The position numbers were made by a program, and so were the translations under genes. From a virus, in IMG/VR virus record IMGVR_UViG_3300042691_019380, positions 28,856 through 92,855 of that record: a stretch of DNA of 64,000 nucleotides; one strand, given 5' to 3'. The notes beneath the pieces are model-generated. The model was not told where the DNA came from. It worked only from the letters and a program-made list of their open reading frames with translations, and ran no database searches. How positions within the stretch are numbered: position 1 is the stretch's first letter; the number at the start of each line of letters is the position of its first letter. This document shows, in pieces, positions 9,379 through 18,149 of the stretch.

Positions 9379-9816
9379 TCAAGTCTCGTCGACGATCTCG
9401 ATCGCGGCAGCGTACGCCGCCGGTCTGGCGTCCGAGTTGTCGCACCTGTGCCCCCAGCGGTCGCGGCGGCTCAGGCCGGTGTTGGGGTGCAGGAGACGGT
9501 AGGCTTCGCGGCGAGCCGCCTCGGCGTCGGCGCGGAGCCCGACGGCATGGAGAGCGTGATAGCCGTAGTCGGGCCTCTCGCCTCCCCAGCCGATCGCCTT
9601 GGCCCGTATCGGGTCATCGGCGGCGTAGGCCGCACGCTCGCAGACCACGACGGCCTTGGCCCGCTCCGCTCGCTTGCCTCCCAGCAGCACGACGCCGTCG
9701 CGGCTGGCTCCCAGGCCGCGAACCTCGACGAACGTCTTCGAGCCCTTCTTGATCTTCCGGGCCGTGACCGCCGGACTGAACTCGCCGATCAGCGGCTTGC
9801 CGTGTCCAAGAATCAT
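9379..9816 (-). CDS. Hypothetical protein
   Basis: AAAGGAG RBS inside the promoter cassette. Confidence 0.6.
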   Translation of the reverse strand: MILGHGKPLIGEFSPAVTARKIKKGSKTFVEVRGLGASRDGVVLLGGKRAERAKAVVVCERAAYAADDPIRAKAIGWGGERPDYGYHALHAVGLRADAEAARREAYRLLHPNTGLSRRDRWGHRCDNSDARPAAYAAAIEIVDET

Positions 9817-9860
9817 GTCTCGCTCCTTTGGTCTCAGGTGTCATTCATTCGTCTACGACA

Positions 9861-9914
9861 AGTATCGGGGATGCCAGGAGTGGTGTCAAGCGAAATCTTC
9901 GGTTTATGACACAA
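9861..9914 (-). promoter_or_regulatory. Sigma70-type promoter with TTGTGTCATA box
   Basis: TTGACA-N17-GATACT; box at 9905-9914. Confidence 0.82.
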
Positions 9915-9930
9915 CTCAAAAAACCACGAA

Positions 9931-10134
9931 CTACCGGCTCCGGCTTCTCCAGGCGGCCCGCTTGGCGCCCTCCAGCGTGGCGTAGATTCCGACAACCTCT
10001 ACGTGCCAGTCTGCGGTGCGGCAGCCGACTGAAAACCTGCGGTCTCCGATCTTGACGATCGAGTAGACGTCACCGCGAGGCGTGGTCGCGTCCAGGCGGC
10101 GATCGCTGACTTCCGTCCACTTGATCTTGGTCAT
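9931..10134 (-). CDS. Hypothetical protein
   Basis: Lies between the direct repeats; ends TLEGAKRAA, similar to the 9070 and 8242 genes. Confidence 0.6.
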   Translation of the reverse strand: MTKIKWTEVSDRRLDATTPRGDVYSIVKIGDRRFSVGCRTADWHVEVVGIYATLEGAKRAAWRSRSR

Positions 10135-10178
10135 GTCTCGCTCCTTTGGTCTCAGGTGTCATTCACTCGTCTGCGACA

Positions 10179-10232
10179 AGTATAGGGGATGCCAGGAGTG
10201 GTGTCAAGCGAAATCTTCGGTTTATGACACAA
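10179..10232 (-). promoter_or_regulatory. Sigma70-type promoter with TTGTGTCATA box
   Basis: TTGACA-N17-TATACT; box at 10223-10232. Confidence 0.85.
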
Positions 10233-10235
10233 CTC

Positions 10236-10271
10236 AAAAACCCCTGTTTTTCGGCCAAAAACAGGGGTTTT
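10236..10271. terminator. Bidirectional terminator-like hairpin
   Basis: AAAACCCCTGTTTTT-CGGCC-AAAAACAGGGGTTTT; near-identical copy at ~18138-18172. Confidence 0.7.
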
Positions 10272-10563
10272 AGGACCGGCTTTTCCCGGCCTTGTCGGGC
10301 TTGAACCCCTGCGGCAGTTGCCCCATGCCTCGACGGCCCTCCTTCGCCGCCTGGGCTCTCGCTACTGCCTGGGCCTTTTTGTAGGCCTTGACCTCCTCCA
10401 GATCGAACGCCGTCGACCGTGGTCCGAGTCGCCACGTAGTCAGCCGTCCCGTATTCGCAAGCCACCTCATGTTGCTCATCGAGCAGCCGAGGACCTTCGC
10501 CGCTTCGCGAGTCATTACGAGCGTCCGATTGCCCGGTGGCGTTGCCAGTACTTTTTCAGCCAT
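10270..10563 (-). CDS. Helix-turn-helix (excisionase/MerR-like) DNA-binding protein
   Basis: MTREAAKVLGCS...RWLANTGRL...FDLEEV. Confidence 0.8.
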   Translation of the reverse strand: MAEKVLATPPGNRTLVMTREAAKVLGCSMSNMRWLANTGRLTTWRLGPRSTAFDLEEVKAYKKAQAVARAQAAKEGRRGMGQLPQGFKPDKAGKSRS

Positions 10564-10798
10564 GGTGCTGTTCTCCTCGTAATGAAAGAGACCTCTCGAT
10601 CGTCCCAATTGAGCGGTCGACCTCCAGATCGCCCGCGTGTTCTTTCAGCAGAGCCAGGACTTTCCTGGCGAATGCGATGTCTCGCATGTAGCAGACTTGC
10701 GAGTCGATGACGTCTGGCGGAGGGAGACTCTCTCGCAGGCCAGCCTTCTCCCACGCCCCGCGCAGCACAATGGTCTTGTAGAACCTTTCGTCGCTCAC
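10556..10798 (-). CDS. Hypothetical protein
   Basis: GTGA-coupled start, AAGGAG RBS. Confidence 0.5.
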   Translation of the reverse strand: MSDERFYKTIVLRGAWEKAGLRESLPPPDVIDSQVCYMRDIAFARKVLALLKEHAGDLEVDRSIGTIERSLSLRGEQHHG

Positions 10799-10995
10799 GT
10801 TGCTCTCTCCTTCTCGAACTGCTTCGCCATGTCTTCTGCCGTCGCTGGCTTGAGAAGCCTGACGAGATGATGCTGGCCGCAGCCGCAGTAAGCCTTGTCG
10901 TCCCCCTTGGTGGAGAACACGACGCGGCCTGTGGTCGGGCAGTAGCCGAACGCTTCGCACACAGCGCGGAAGTACTCGCTCAGTTCAAGGGCCAT
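10795..10995 (-). CDS. Small Cys/His protein
   Basis: CP.TG...DDK..CGCG..H. Confidence 0.55.
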   Translation of the reverse strand: MALELSEYFRAVCEAFGYCPTTGRVVFSTKGDDKAYCGCGQHHLVRLLKPATAEDMAKQFEKERAT

Positions 10996-11384
10996 GGCCG
11001 AATGCTCCAGTAGAATCGGGCTCGCTCCTCGGTCTCGAAAGACTCTCTCGCGATCGAGCCGTTCACGCAGATGCCCCAGCCGTCGCCTACGTTGACGAAG
11101 ACCGGCTCGTCTTTTTGTATGCCAATGAGTTTCTCGTACGCCGACGCGAACACGACTTGCACTTCGGGCGGCAGAGTCTCGATGGGGACGGACTTGAGGT
11201 ACTTGTGCGTCGCAGCGCAGAGCGCTGCCGCGTGCGATGCAGTGAGTTGCGGGTCGTCTAGGTCGAGCCTTGCTCTCGCGTCTTTGACTTGAGACTTGAA
11301 AGTCTGTGGGACAGCGCCGTGCTTCTCCAAGACGTCAACGATGCACCGCAGGCTCACGGCCTCTTTCTCTGTGAAGGTCTTCAT
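10980..11384 (-). CDS. Hypothetical protein
   Basis: Start MKTFTE, GGAG RBS. Confidence 0.55.
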   Translation of the reverse strand: MKTFTEKEAVSLRCIVDVLEKHGAVPQTFKSQVKDARARLDLDDPQLTASHAAALCAATHKYLKSVPIETLPPEVQVVFASAYEKLIGIQKDEPVFVNVGDGWGICVNGSIARESFETEERARFYWSIRPWPLN

Positions 11385-11389
11385 GTCAG

Positions 11390-11800
11390 TCACTCCGTGA
11401 TGGGCTCGTGCGTGCCGCCGAAGAAACTCGACGGCGGTCGCGGCAGTTGCCGCAGGAACTCCCACAGTCCAGCCAGGGTCGTCGTGTAGATGTCCTCGAT
11501 CTCGATTCGTCCGTCGTCGGGCTGCTCGACCATGGTCCGGATCACCACAGACTTGGCAGTCACGTGGGCCTCGATCGTGCATCGCTCGTAGACAGGGTCT
11601 TGGACAACGATCGCGAAGTACGGCTCCTCGTCCGGGTCGTAGTCTCCGGAGTCGGGTTGCGGTCCAGCACGCTCCTCCATGATCGTGTCGTTGAACGGCA
11701 GGAGACTCGCGCGGGCCACCACAAGCCCTGGGGCGAACTCCCGCACGTACCGTAGGCTCTCGTTGATCGAGTCGGCGACTGACTTTTTCTTCTTGGTCAC
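11390..11800 (-). CDS. Hypothetical protein
   Basis: GTGA-coupled start. Confidence 0.55.
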   Translation of the reverse strand: MTKKKKSVADSINESLRYVREFAPGLVVARASLLPFNDTIMEERAGPQPDSGDYDPDEEPYFAIVVQDPVYERCTIEAHVTAKSVVIRTMVEQPDDGRIEIEDIYTTTLAGLWEFLRQLPRPPSSFFGGTHEPITE

Positions 11801-12156
11801 GACGGTTGTCCTTTCACTGCGAGTTGCGATGCCAGCGAGACGCACTCGTTGCGGACGTAGTCCTCGTCTCGGAAAACTCCAGACTGACCGATGCCAAGCC
11901 TTTCAAGCCCCGGAACGGCGTCACCGGCGTGAGCCGTGTCGAAGCCCAGCCACCAGCGGTCGCCGTCCTGCTCCTCCCACGGAAGCCTCCAGTCGGACCA
12001 CGTCACGCCACCGTGGACGTCCAGTTCGTGGTCAACGAACTTGACGCCCTCCGGTGCCTGCACGTAGCCGTTGTAATTTTTGAGCAGCGGCCCGCCCCAG
12101 GCGATCACGCACTTCAGACCGTGCGACTCAAACTCAGCGACGATGCGATCGTTCAC
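11797..12156 (-). CDS. Conserved phage protein
   Basis: GYV...VHGGVTW...WWLGFDTAHAGD motif, common in phage early regions. Confidence 0.75.
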   Translation of the reverse strand: MNDRIVAEFESHGLKCVIAWGGPLLKNYNGYVQAPEGVKFVDHELDVHGGVTWSDWRLPWEEQDGDRWWLGFDTAHAGDAVPGLERLGIGQSGVFRDEDYVRNECVSLASQLAVKGQPS

Positions 12157-12587
12157 GATTTGATCTCCTTTGCAAGTTGCAGCAAACGCGAATGGTCAGA
12201 CAGGATCAGGACGACGTCGGCCAGATTCCCTTGGTGCCGTGGATGCAGGCACATCTCGGGAAACTTCCAGCCGAACTTCTCTCCCTTGAGAATCAGACGC
12301 AGCGAGAGGTCGAGCAGGCCAGCGACATGCTGGCACCCGACTTCGCACTCGTCGAGGTTCTCCTTCGTGACCGGCCTGTCGAAGTCGTGAAACACGACAC
12401 CGAACAGGCGAGCCACGAACGGATCAATCGTGTCGAGGGCACGAAAGTGCGAGAGCGAGTCCTCGGGCGTGATCATCTTCCTCTCGGGATAGGCCGACTG
12501 GCCGAAAGTCCGATTGAAGACCAACGTCACGCGGCTGGTGCCGATCTCGTGCTTCGTGTTGTCGAACGCTGCGGGTTCCGTGTCCAT
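12153..12587 (-). CDS. Hypothetical protein
   Basis: Operon-packed ORF. Confidence 0.55.
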   Translation of the reverse strand: MDTEPAAFDNTKHEIGTSRVTLVFNRTFGQSAYPERKMITPEDSLSHFRALDTIDPFVARLFGVVFHDFDRPVTKENLDECEVGCQHVAGLLDLSLRLILKGEKFGWKFPEMCLHPRHQGNLADVVLILSDHSRLLQLAKEIKS

Positions 12588-12618
12588 ATAAGTAACCTAC
12601 GCATGTCGTGAGTATTGG

Positions 12619-13311
12619 TCAACCGACTTCTATCCCATCCCGATTCGCAAACACGCGACTGACTTGCTCCGTATACCCAGGTTGCAGCCTCTCGATCATC
12701 GGCAAGTACTGCTCGTTGGGAACTCCGTGGCCGACCTCGAAGTCTGGCCGGTCTCCGAAAATCCACGCGATGATCGAGCGATACTTGCTGCCGCAGATTT
12801 TGTAGTTAATGCACGAGATAGACGGGTCCATGCAGGCCCAGGCCAAGTCTCGCTGCTTCGCCAAGTCTATGGTCGCATGACGAGTGATCGCCTCGGGCTG
12901 CACGGTGCCACGATGGGCGACGTTGCCGAGATGGTCGATGCTCGCTTGAGCCAAGTCTCCGTAGTACAGGATCGTGTCGCGGACCTTCGGGTGAACTTCG
13001 CTCAGGGGCCGCTTCTCGGTCTGCGAGATCGCCTGGGCGACGAAGTCCTCGTCGGGGAACAGTTTGGTCTCGTCGAGTAGGCTCGCGTCGACCTCGACGA
13101 TCAGGGCCTTCTCGCCGTTCTTTGTGTCGGCTGCGTTCCAAGCGAAGTACGGCGCGTACGCCGTTGTCAGGTACGCGAAGTCCGGACGGCTCGGGTACGC
13201 CTCCCAGTTCCCTTTTCGTCGCGTGCCTCGCGGCTTGATGCCGTAGGACATGATGCGAGTCAGGTGCCTGCTCGTCGTGCCGTGATAGAGCCGATTTACG
13301 TTGATGGTCAC
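12619..13311 (-). CDS. ADP-ribosyltransferase-fold protein (Tpt1/KptA- or PARP-like)
   Basis: LYHGT...I...GI.P...YLTT..A.YFA...I.EVD. Confidence 0.6.
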   Translation of the reverse strand: MTINVNRLYHGTTSRHLTRIMSYGIKPRGTRRKGNWEAYPSRPDFAYLTTAYAPYFAWNAADTKNGEKALIVEVDASLLDETKLFPDEDFVAQAISQTEKRPLSEVHPKVRDTILYYGDLAQASIDHLGNVAHRGTVQPEAITRHATIDLAKQRDLAWACMDPSISCINYKICGSKYRSIIAWIFGDRPDFEVGHGVPNEQYLPMIERLQPGYTEQVSRVFANRDGIEVG

Positions 13312-13453
13312 TGTCTTACCCTCCCAGCGTGCTGACCAGCGTGTCGATCAAGTCTCGCACGAGTCTTGCAAGTCTTGAGTCCGTTCCGAGTTCCTGCCCT
13401 GCTCGCACGAGCAGGAGAGAGTACAGGAGTTTGTCCAGGGACTGCTTCATGGC

Positions 13454-13738
13454 TCAATACTCGCTCGGAAACAGGACCGTCGTGACGCTGCGATCCCACT
13501 CGGTGATGACCCACACCTTCTCGCCGTCGACTGTGTACGCCGACAAGAGGCGAGCCTCGCCGCTGGCAGCGGCATCGTCGTTGAGTTTCTTGTCCTCGTC
13601 GCAGACGTCTCCCCAGTCCCCAGCGGCATGCCGCTGGAGGCTCCGTGCGATTCCGACGATCCTCGTCTCGGGGTTGTCCTTGGCCCACGAGTCAATGCCA
13701 GCCGTGGCGACAACCTGACCCAGTTCGATGTTCTTCAT
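13454..13738 (-). CDS. Conserved plasmid/phage protein
   Basis: G.VVAT.G...RH..GDWGDV..ED...N...RLLSAY...VWVITE.DRSVTT.L.P.EY. Confidence 0.8.
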   Translation of the reverse strand: MKNIELGQVVATAGIDSWAKDNPETRIVGIARSLQRHAAGDWGDVCDEDKKLNDDAAASGEARLLSAYTVDGEKVWVITEWDRSVTTVLFPSEY

Positions 13739-14070
13739 TTTGCCACCCCTTCCGCCGCCCTACGGCGGCACTCTTCGATGCACGTCTCGTACTCGCCTCC
13801 CGGCCCGTCGAGGCTCGACGTGCTGAACAGGTGGGCGAGTTGATGGACGATCAGACGCAGGGCTGCGTCGCTGCGGATCGACGTATGACCTACGCCGTCG
13901 CGAAACAAAGCCTGGACATGATCGTGAAGTCTCTTCGTGACCGCCACGGGGTTGCATGCCCCTTGCTGGATCGCGAGTGCGTCTGAATGTCTGCTCACTG
14001 GTTTGGTCTCCTTCTTCTGGAAGTACTCGATCGCTGCTCGCTGCTCGTCTTGGAGTCTCTTGTTTCTCAT
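13735..14070 (-). CDS. Hypothetical protein
   Basis: ATGA-coupled; QQGACNP...D.A.RLIVHQLA.L. Confidence 0.55.
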   Translation of the reverse strand: MRNKRLQDEQRAAIEYFQKKETKPVSRHSDALAIQQGACNPVAVTKRLHDHVQALFRDGVGHTSIRSDAALRLIVHQLAHLFSTSSLDGPGGEYETCIEECRRRAAEGVAK

Positions 14071-14888
14071 GGGGTCACCGTGTCCGTACAAGGGATCACG
14101 ACTCCACACTGCTCACAGAGTTTGGCGACCTCGGCTGCAAGTTCTTCCGGAGTGTGCGAGCCGCAGCGTCGTGCTTCGCTCGTCGCGACGCAGCCCTCGT
14201 CGACTGCCAGGGCAGCCGGGAAGCAGTTGCCCGGAAGGAACCCAAACCGCTCTTGATGCGACCAGAACAGCCGACGCAGGCTGGCGTTGTGGCAGAAAAC
14301 GAACGCCAGACGGTCAACGTCGACCGGCTGGTTCGCAGCCTTGACCAGCACCTCGACCTGATGCTGCACAGCCGCCCCCGACTGCCGCGACGTTCCCTTG
14401 CAGGCCCACAGTTCCACCCGCAGCCCCAGGCTCTCCAGAACGTCGACCGCCGCGAGGACAACGGCACCACGAGCGAAGATCGCCTCGGCCTTCACGCCTG
14501 CACTCACGGCGAGATTCACGAACAGCCGCACGACACGCTGCGATCCGAACCTGCCGACTTCGTACTCGCTGTACGATCCGCAAGCCTCGGGCTCGCCCGA
14601 CAAGACTCGGCCGACGTCAACGAAGTCTCCGGTGACGTCCCAGGCAAACTGCTGGCATGCTGCGGTCTTCGATGCCTCGACGCACCGATCGAGGCTCGCC
14701 CGAATCTCGGCGACGCGAGCGGCCCCCTCGGCCCAGCCGGTCTGAGCCAGATACACAGCCTCGCCGAACGTGCTGGTCCCAGAGAAGCCCACACGTCCGA
14801 CCGTGCGGCTGCTCGTGCCCTTGCCCTGCGGCACCTTGCGGACGTCTTCGAGGAAGGATTCGTAATCGTGAAATGCGTGGCGAGCCAT
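14067..14888 (-). CDS. vWA-like partner of AAA+ ATPase, paralogue 3
   Basis: WDVTGDFVDVGRVLSGEPE motif shared with two neighbours; start MARHAF after its own promoter. Confidence 0.7.
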   Translation of the reverse strand: MARHAFHDYESFLEDVRKVPQGKGTSSRTVGRVGFSGTSTFGEAVYLAQTGWAEGAARVAEIRASLDRCVEASKTAACQQFAWDVTGDFVDVGRVLSGEPEACGSYSEYEVGRFGSQRVVRLFVNLAVSAGVKAEAIFARGAVVLAAVDVLESLGLRVELWACKGTSRQSGAAVQHQVEVLVKAANQPVDVDRLAFVFCHNASLRRLFWSHQERFGFLPGNCFPAALAVDEGCVATSEARRCGSHTPEELAAEVAKLCEQCGVVIPCTDTVTP

Positions 14889-14921
14889 GTCTTGTTTCTC
14901 CTGTCGATCGGGCGATGCCCA

Positions 14922-14976
14922 AGTATTGCAGACGTCCGGAGTGGTGTCAAGCGGCCGGTCCAGGCCTATGACACAA
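14922..14976 (-). promoter_or_regulatory. Sigma70-type promoter with TTGTGTCATA box
   Basis: TTGACA-N17-AATACT; box at 14967-14976. Confidence 0.75.
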
Positions 14977-15778
14977 TCGCTTCCCGTTCTTCTTTCGTGA
15001 ACGACACGCCGCAAGACTCGCAGACTTGCAAGACTCGTGCGGCCCTGGCTGCTGCCGTCGCGTCCTCCTGCCTGACCTCGGGCGTCGCGATCGCGCCCTC
15101 CTCGACGAGCAGGGGGCACGTTCCCGTGCCGTTGGGCGAGAAGCCCAGGTCTTCCTCCACCGAGAAGAACAGCCTGCGCAGGCTGGCGTTGTGCGCCAGA
15201 AAGAACGCGACGCGATCGGGCTCGAACGGCTGGGCGGCGTCTTTGACCTTGACCAGCACGGTGAGTTTCTCGCCGTCCTGGCGACGATGCGATCCGCTGC
15301 CGAGCCAGAGTTCGACTCGGTGGCCGAGAGTCTCCAGAACGTCCACGGCAGCGAACACAGCGGCGCCTGCGGAGAAGATGCTCTTCTGCTTGACGCCACC
15401 AATCGCTGACACGTTCGCGACCAACTTGATCACGCGAGTCGAGGGCTGCGAGTCTTGGCCTTCGCGAAACGAGCCGCAGCACTCGGGCTCTCCCGACAAG
15501 ACTCGGCCGACGTCGAGAAAGTCTCCCGTGACGTCCCACTCCAGTTTGCACGACTTGGCTGCGATCGCCTTGTCGACGACAGACTCCAACTCGGCGCGGA
15601 GTTTCGCGAGACTCTCGGCGCCCTCGGGCCAGCCCTTCACGGCGAGCGAGACAGCCTCCGGAAAAGTAGCCGTTCCGTGGAAGGACTCGTCGAGCCCAGT
15701 GTGGGAGACTTTTTCGCCGTTGGTGTCGGCAGCGGCGATGAACTCGCCGACGGTTTCGTAAGTCACGACTGTGTGCAT
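14966..15778 (-). CDS. vWA-like partner of AAA+ ATPase, paralogue 2
   Basis: WDVTGDFLDVGRVLSGEPECCG; AFFLAHNASLRRLFF. Confidence 0.7.
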   Translation of the reverse strand: MHTVVTYETVGEFIAAADTNGEKVSHTGLDESFHGTATFPEAVSLAVKGWPEGAESLAKLRAELESVVDKAIAAKSCKLEWDVTGDFLDVGRVLSGEPECCGSFREGQDSQPSTRVIKLVANVSAIGGVKQKSIFSAGAAVFAAVDVLETLGHRVELWLGSGSHRRQDGEKLTVLVKVKDAAQPFEPDRVAFFLAHNASLRRLFFSVEEDLGFSPNGTGTCPLLVEEGAIATPEVRQEDATAAARAARVLQVCESCGVSFTKEEREAIVS

Positions 15779-15797
15779 GTGAGTGTCTTTCTGTGTT

Positions 15798-16631
15798 TCA
15801 GGACTTGACCAGTTCCGCGATCTGCTCGTCATCGAACGACAGTCCGCACTTCTCGGCGATCTTGATCACGTTGGACTTGAGGCTCTCGGCCGAGAGGTTG
15901 ACCGCAGAGAGAATCTCATCGATCTCGACCGTGCCTTCGCGAGTGCCGTAATCGTCCACCGCCGCAGGGTGGCAGTTCGACGGCGAGTGGCCGTACAGTT
16001 CCATCCAGCGGAAGCCGAACCGGCGGAAGAACGACGGGTGCGCCACGGTGAACGCGAGACGGTCGGGGTCGACGATCTCATTGGCTCGCTTGGCGGTGAC
16101 GTTCGCCGTGAGGTGCAGGCCGTGGCCCTTGGTCGCGGTCGAGCAGATCACTTCGCAGCGGATGCCGCACGACTCCAGAAGATCGACCGCGACCAGCACG
16201 GCGACGCCACGGGCAGCGATCGCGTCGGCGCTCACGGCGCCGCTGACGCACTGGTTCAGCCGGATCGACACAACCTTCCTGGCGACCGTGTCGCCGTTGT
16301 CGAACTCCTGGCCGCAGCACTCGGGCTCGCCCGACAAGACTCGACCGACGTCGATGAAGTCGCCGACGACGTCCCAGCCGAACGTCTTAGACTTGCAAGT
16401 CTTGGCTGCGTCCAGAAACGCCGCGAGCCCCTCGCGGTGCTTGTTCACGCGAGCGACGCCGTCGGCCCAGCCGCTGGTGAACAACTTCCCAGCGTCGGCG
16501 TATGTGTCGGTCCAGAAGAAGTCCCGGCGGCCGGTGTCCTGGCTGTTCTGGCTCACGCCCTTTTCGGGACGGGCAAGGTCCGCGAGATACTCGCCGACGG
16601 TCTCGTAGTTCTTGGTGACGATCTTGGTCAT
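15798..16631 (-). CDS. vWA-like partner of AAA+ ATPase, paralogue 1
   Basis: WDVVGDFIDVGRVLSGEPECCG; LAFTVAHPSFFRRF. Confidence 0.7.
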   Translation of the reverse strand: MTKIVTKNYETVGEYLADLARPEKGVSQNSQDTGRRDFFWTDTYADAGKLFTSGWADGVARVNKHREGLAAFLDAAKTCKSKTFGWDVVGDFIDVGRVLSGEPECCGQEFDNGDTVARKVVSIRLNQCVSGAVSADAIAARGVAVLVAVDLLESCGIRCEVICSTATKGHGLHLTANVTAKRANEIVDPDRLAFTVAHPSFFRRFGFRWMELYGHSPSNCHPAAVDDYGTREGTVEIDEILSAVNLSAESLKSNVIKIAEKCGLSFDDEQIAELVKS

Positions 16632-16667
16632 GGTGGTGTCTTGCTCCTGGGCCTGTTCCGTTTCCCC

Positions 16668-16704
16668 GCTCCCCGGCTGGCAAGCCCATAGCCAGCCGGG
16701 GAGC
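16668..16704. other. Perfect 14-bp-stem intergenic hairpin
   Basis: GCTCCCCGGCTGGC-N9-GCCAGCCGGGGAGC; no U-tract, so possibly an RNA stability or processing stem. Confidence 0.7.
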
Positions 16705-16726
16705 GTGTCCATACAACGCGGTGAGA

Positions 16727-18016
16727 CTAGAGGTTCGCCTCGACCTTGCTCCGGGTGTCCTTATCGAGTCCCTTCCAGACGCAGGCGTCGAGGACGGCAT
16801 CGACCGGCCAGCCTGCCCGCAGGAGAGCGACGCCGTTGATGTTCGCACGGGGCGAGACGATCACACGGACTCCCTTGCCCAACTTGGCGACGGCGTTGCG
16901 GATGGCGACGACCTTCCGCACGTACTCCGCCGCACGATCCTCGGCGACGGCCTTCTCGCCGTCGGTCTTGACCGGGTGGAGTTTGATGCCCTTGGGGGCC
17001 GGAGCCTCCGCGAACAACTCGACCGACAGGCCGCACGCCGCCGCCTCGATCCGGGGATCGTACGGCCAGTCGAGCAGGACGAACCGATCGAGCGTGGCTG
17101 CGTCGATCTGCTGCCGCCCCACGTACTGCCGATCAGCACCCTGGCCGATCGTATTCGCTCCCGCGATCAGCACGAAATCGGCGTGCTTGGCGACCACTGC
17201 GTCGGGGAACGAAGCGTGCCCGTTCGCGAGCAGTTGATTGATCACCACCAGCACGGCCGGATTGGCCGCGTCGACCTCGTCGAGCAAGAACACGCCGCCG
17301 TGTTCGTAGGCGTCTCGGAGTTGCGTCCGGACGACCTTGCCGTTGGCATCGTGGTAGCCGAGTAGGCTCGACTCCGACGTCTGCGGCCCCACGCTCTTGG
17401 CGTAGAACGGCAGGCCGAGCGAGTCCGCGACGGCATGGGCCGACGAGGTCTTGCCCGAACCGGCGGGGCCGACCAGCCAGAGGTTCCGGCGAGCCGCGAC
17501 GGCGGCGAGCAGGGCCTCAAACTGGACATGCTGGACGCCGACGTCGTGGGTCACGCCCTCGACGGTCACGACCTCGATCCGCTGCGGCACCAGGGCCGCG
17601 ATCCGCTCGTCGACGATCTTGGCGACCTCGTCGCGGTCGACCCCGGCGTCGGCCGAGCCGCCCTGGACGATGCCCGTGTCGCGGATCGCCTCGGCGATGA
17701 TGGTCGCCAAGTCCCGTCCGCCGCCGGTGTAGTGGTCGCGAACGGCGTCGGCGATCTCCGAGTCGCTGTTGACGTGGGTCGCCGAATCGTTACCGTGCCC
17801 AGACTTCTCGGCACCGGAAGCCCACAGGCTCAGGCCGCGAGAAGTCTTGACGACCCGCTCGCCGTTGGGGCCGACGAGGTGGAAGAGGCGGGTCTGGCGA
17901 CCCTTCTCGGTCTCGCGGGTCTCGACCGACTCGATCGTGAACTCGCGACCGTCGGCGACGGTGATCACGGCTCCGACCTTGTACGACTGCCACGAATTGT
18001 TGGTGACGTTGTTCAC
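16727..18016 (-). CDS. MoxR/CbbQ/CobS-type AAA+ ATPase
   Basis: GPAGSGKT, LLDEVD, AGANT, Y.GR..IDAATLDRF, SPRA. Confidence 0.9.
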   Translation of the reverse strand: MNNVTNNSWQSYKVGAVITVADGREFTIESVETRETEKGRQTRLFHLVGPNGERVVKTSRGLSLWASGAEKSGHGNDSATHVNSDSEIADAVRDHYTGGGRDLATIIAEAIRDTGIVQGGSADAGVDRDEVAKIVDERIAALVPQRIEVVTVEGVTHDVGVQHVQFEALLAAVAARRNLWLVGPAGSGKTSSAHAVADSLGLPFYAKSVGPQTSESSLLGYHDANGKVVRTQLRDAYEHGGVFLLDEVDAANPAVLVVINQLLANGHASFPDAVVAKHADFVLIAGANTIGQGADRQYVGRQQIDAATLDRFVLLDWPYDPRIEAAACGLSVELFAEAPAPKGIKLHPVKTDGEKAVAEDRAAEYVRKVVAIRNAVAKLGKGVRVIVSPRANINGVALLRAGWPVDAVLDACVWKGLDKDTRSKVEANL

Positions 18017-18078
18017 TGGGCTTCTCCTTGAAAATCGACTGGGCTTTACGACGGGTGACGTCCACTCGTCATGCCAGG

Positions 18079-18132
18079 AGTATAGGGGACGCCAGGGGTA
18101 GTGTCAAACGGATTTTCCCGTTTATGACACAA
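18079..18132 (-). promoter_or_regulatory. Sigma70-type promoter with TTGTGTCATA box
   Basis: TTGACA-N17-TATACT; box at 18123-18132; terminator hairpin immediately upstream. Confidence 0.85.
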
Positions 18133-18149
18133 CTCAAAAAACCCCTGTT

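Larger units (their letters stand above)
7915..9387. repeat. Dispersed intergenic repeat TGATGGTGTCCGAACAAGTCTTGCAAGTCTCAG
   Basis: Identical 33-bp copies at 7915-7947 and 9041-9073; degenerate copy at ~9349-9387; partial copy at 8230-8240. Confidence 0.9.
9813..10240. repeat. 110-bp direct repeat (9813-9922 and 10131-10240) carrying promoter, RBS and ATG
   Basis: Two copies 318 bp apart with 3 mismatches, flanking one 67-aa gene. Confidence 0.93.

Noticed and set aside
7915-10240. CRISPR array from the 33-bp and 110-bp repeats
   Set aside because: Spacing is hundreds of bp, the intervals are whole ORFs, and there are no cas genes
14067-15551. 494-aa version of the third vWA-like gene
   Set aside because: The extension overlaps paralogue 2 in another frame; promoter and RBS support the start at 14888
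13956-15761. 601-aa plus-strand ORF and similar long plus-strand ORFs (e.g. 43950-45485, 61614-63038, 34698-36008)
   Set aside because: Antisense shadows of clear minus-strand genes in GC-rich DNA; no motifs
14067-16631. Diversity-generating retroelement TR/VR repeats
   Set aside because: No reverse transcriptase; the similarity is ordinary paralogy, not adenine-specific
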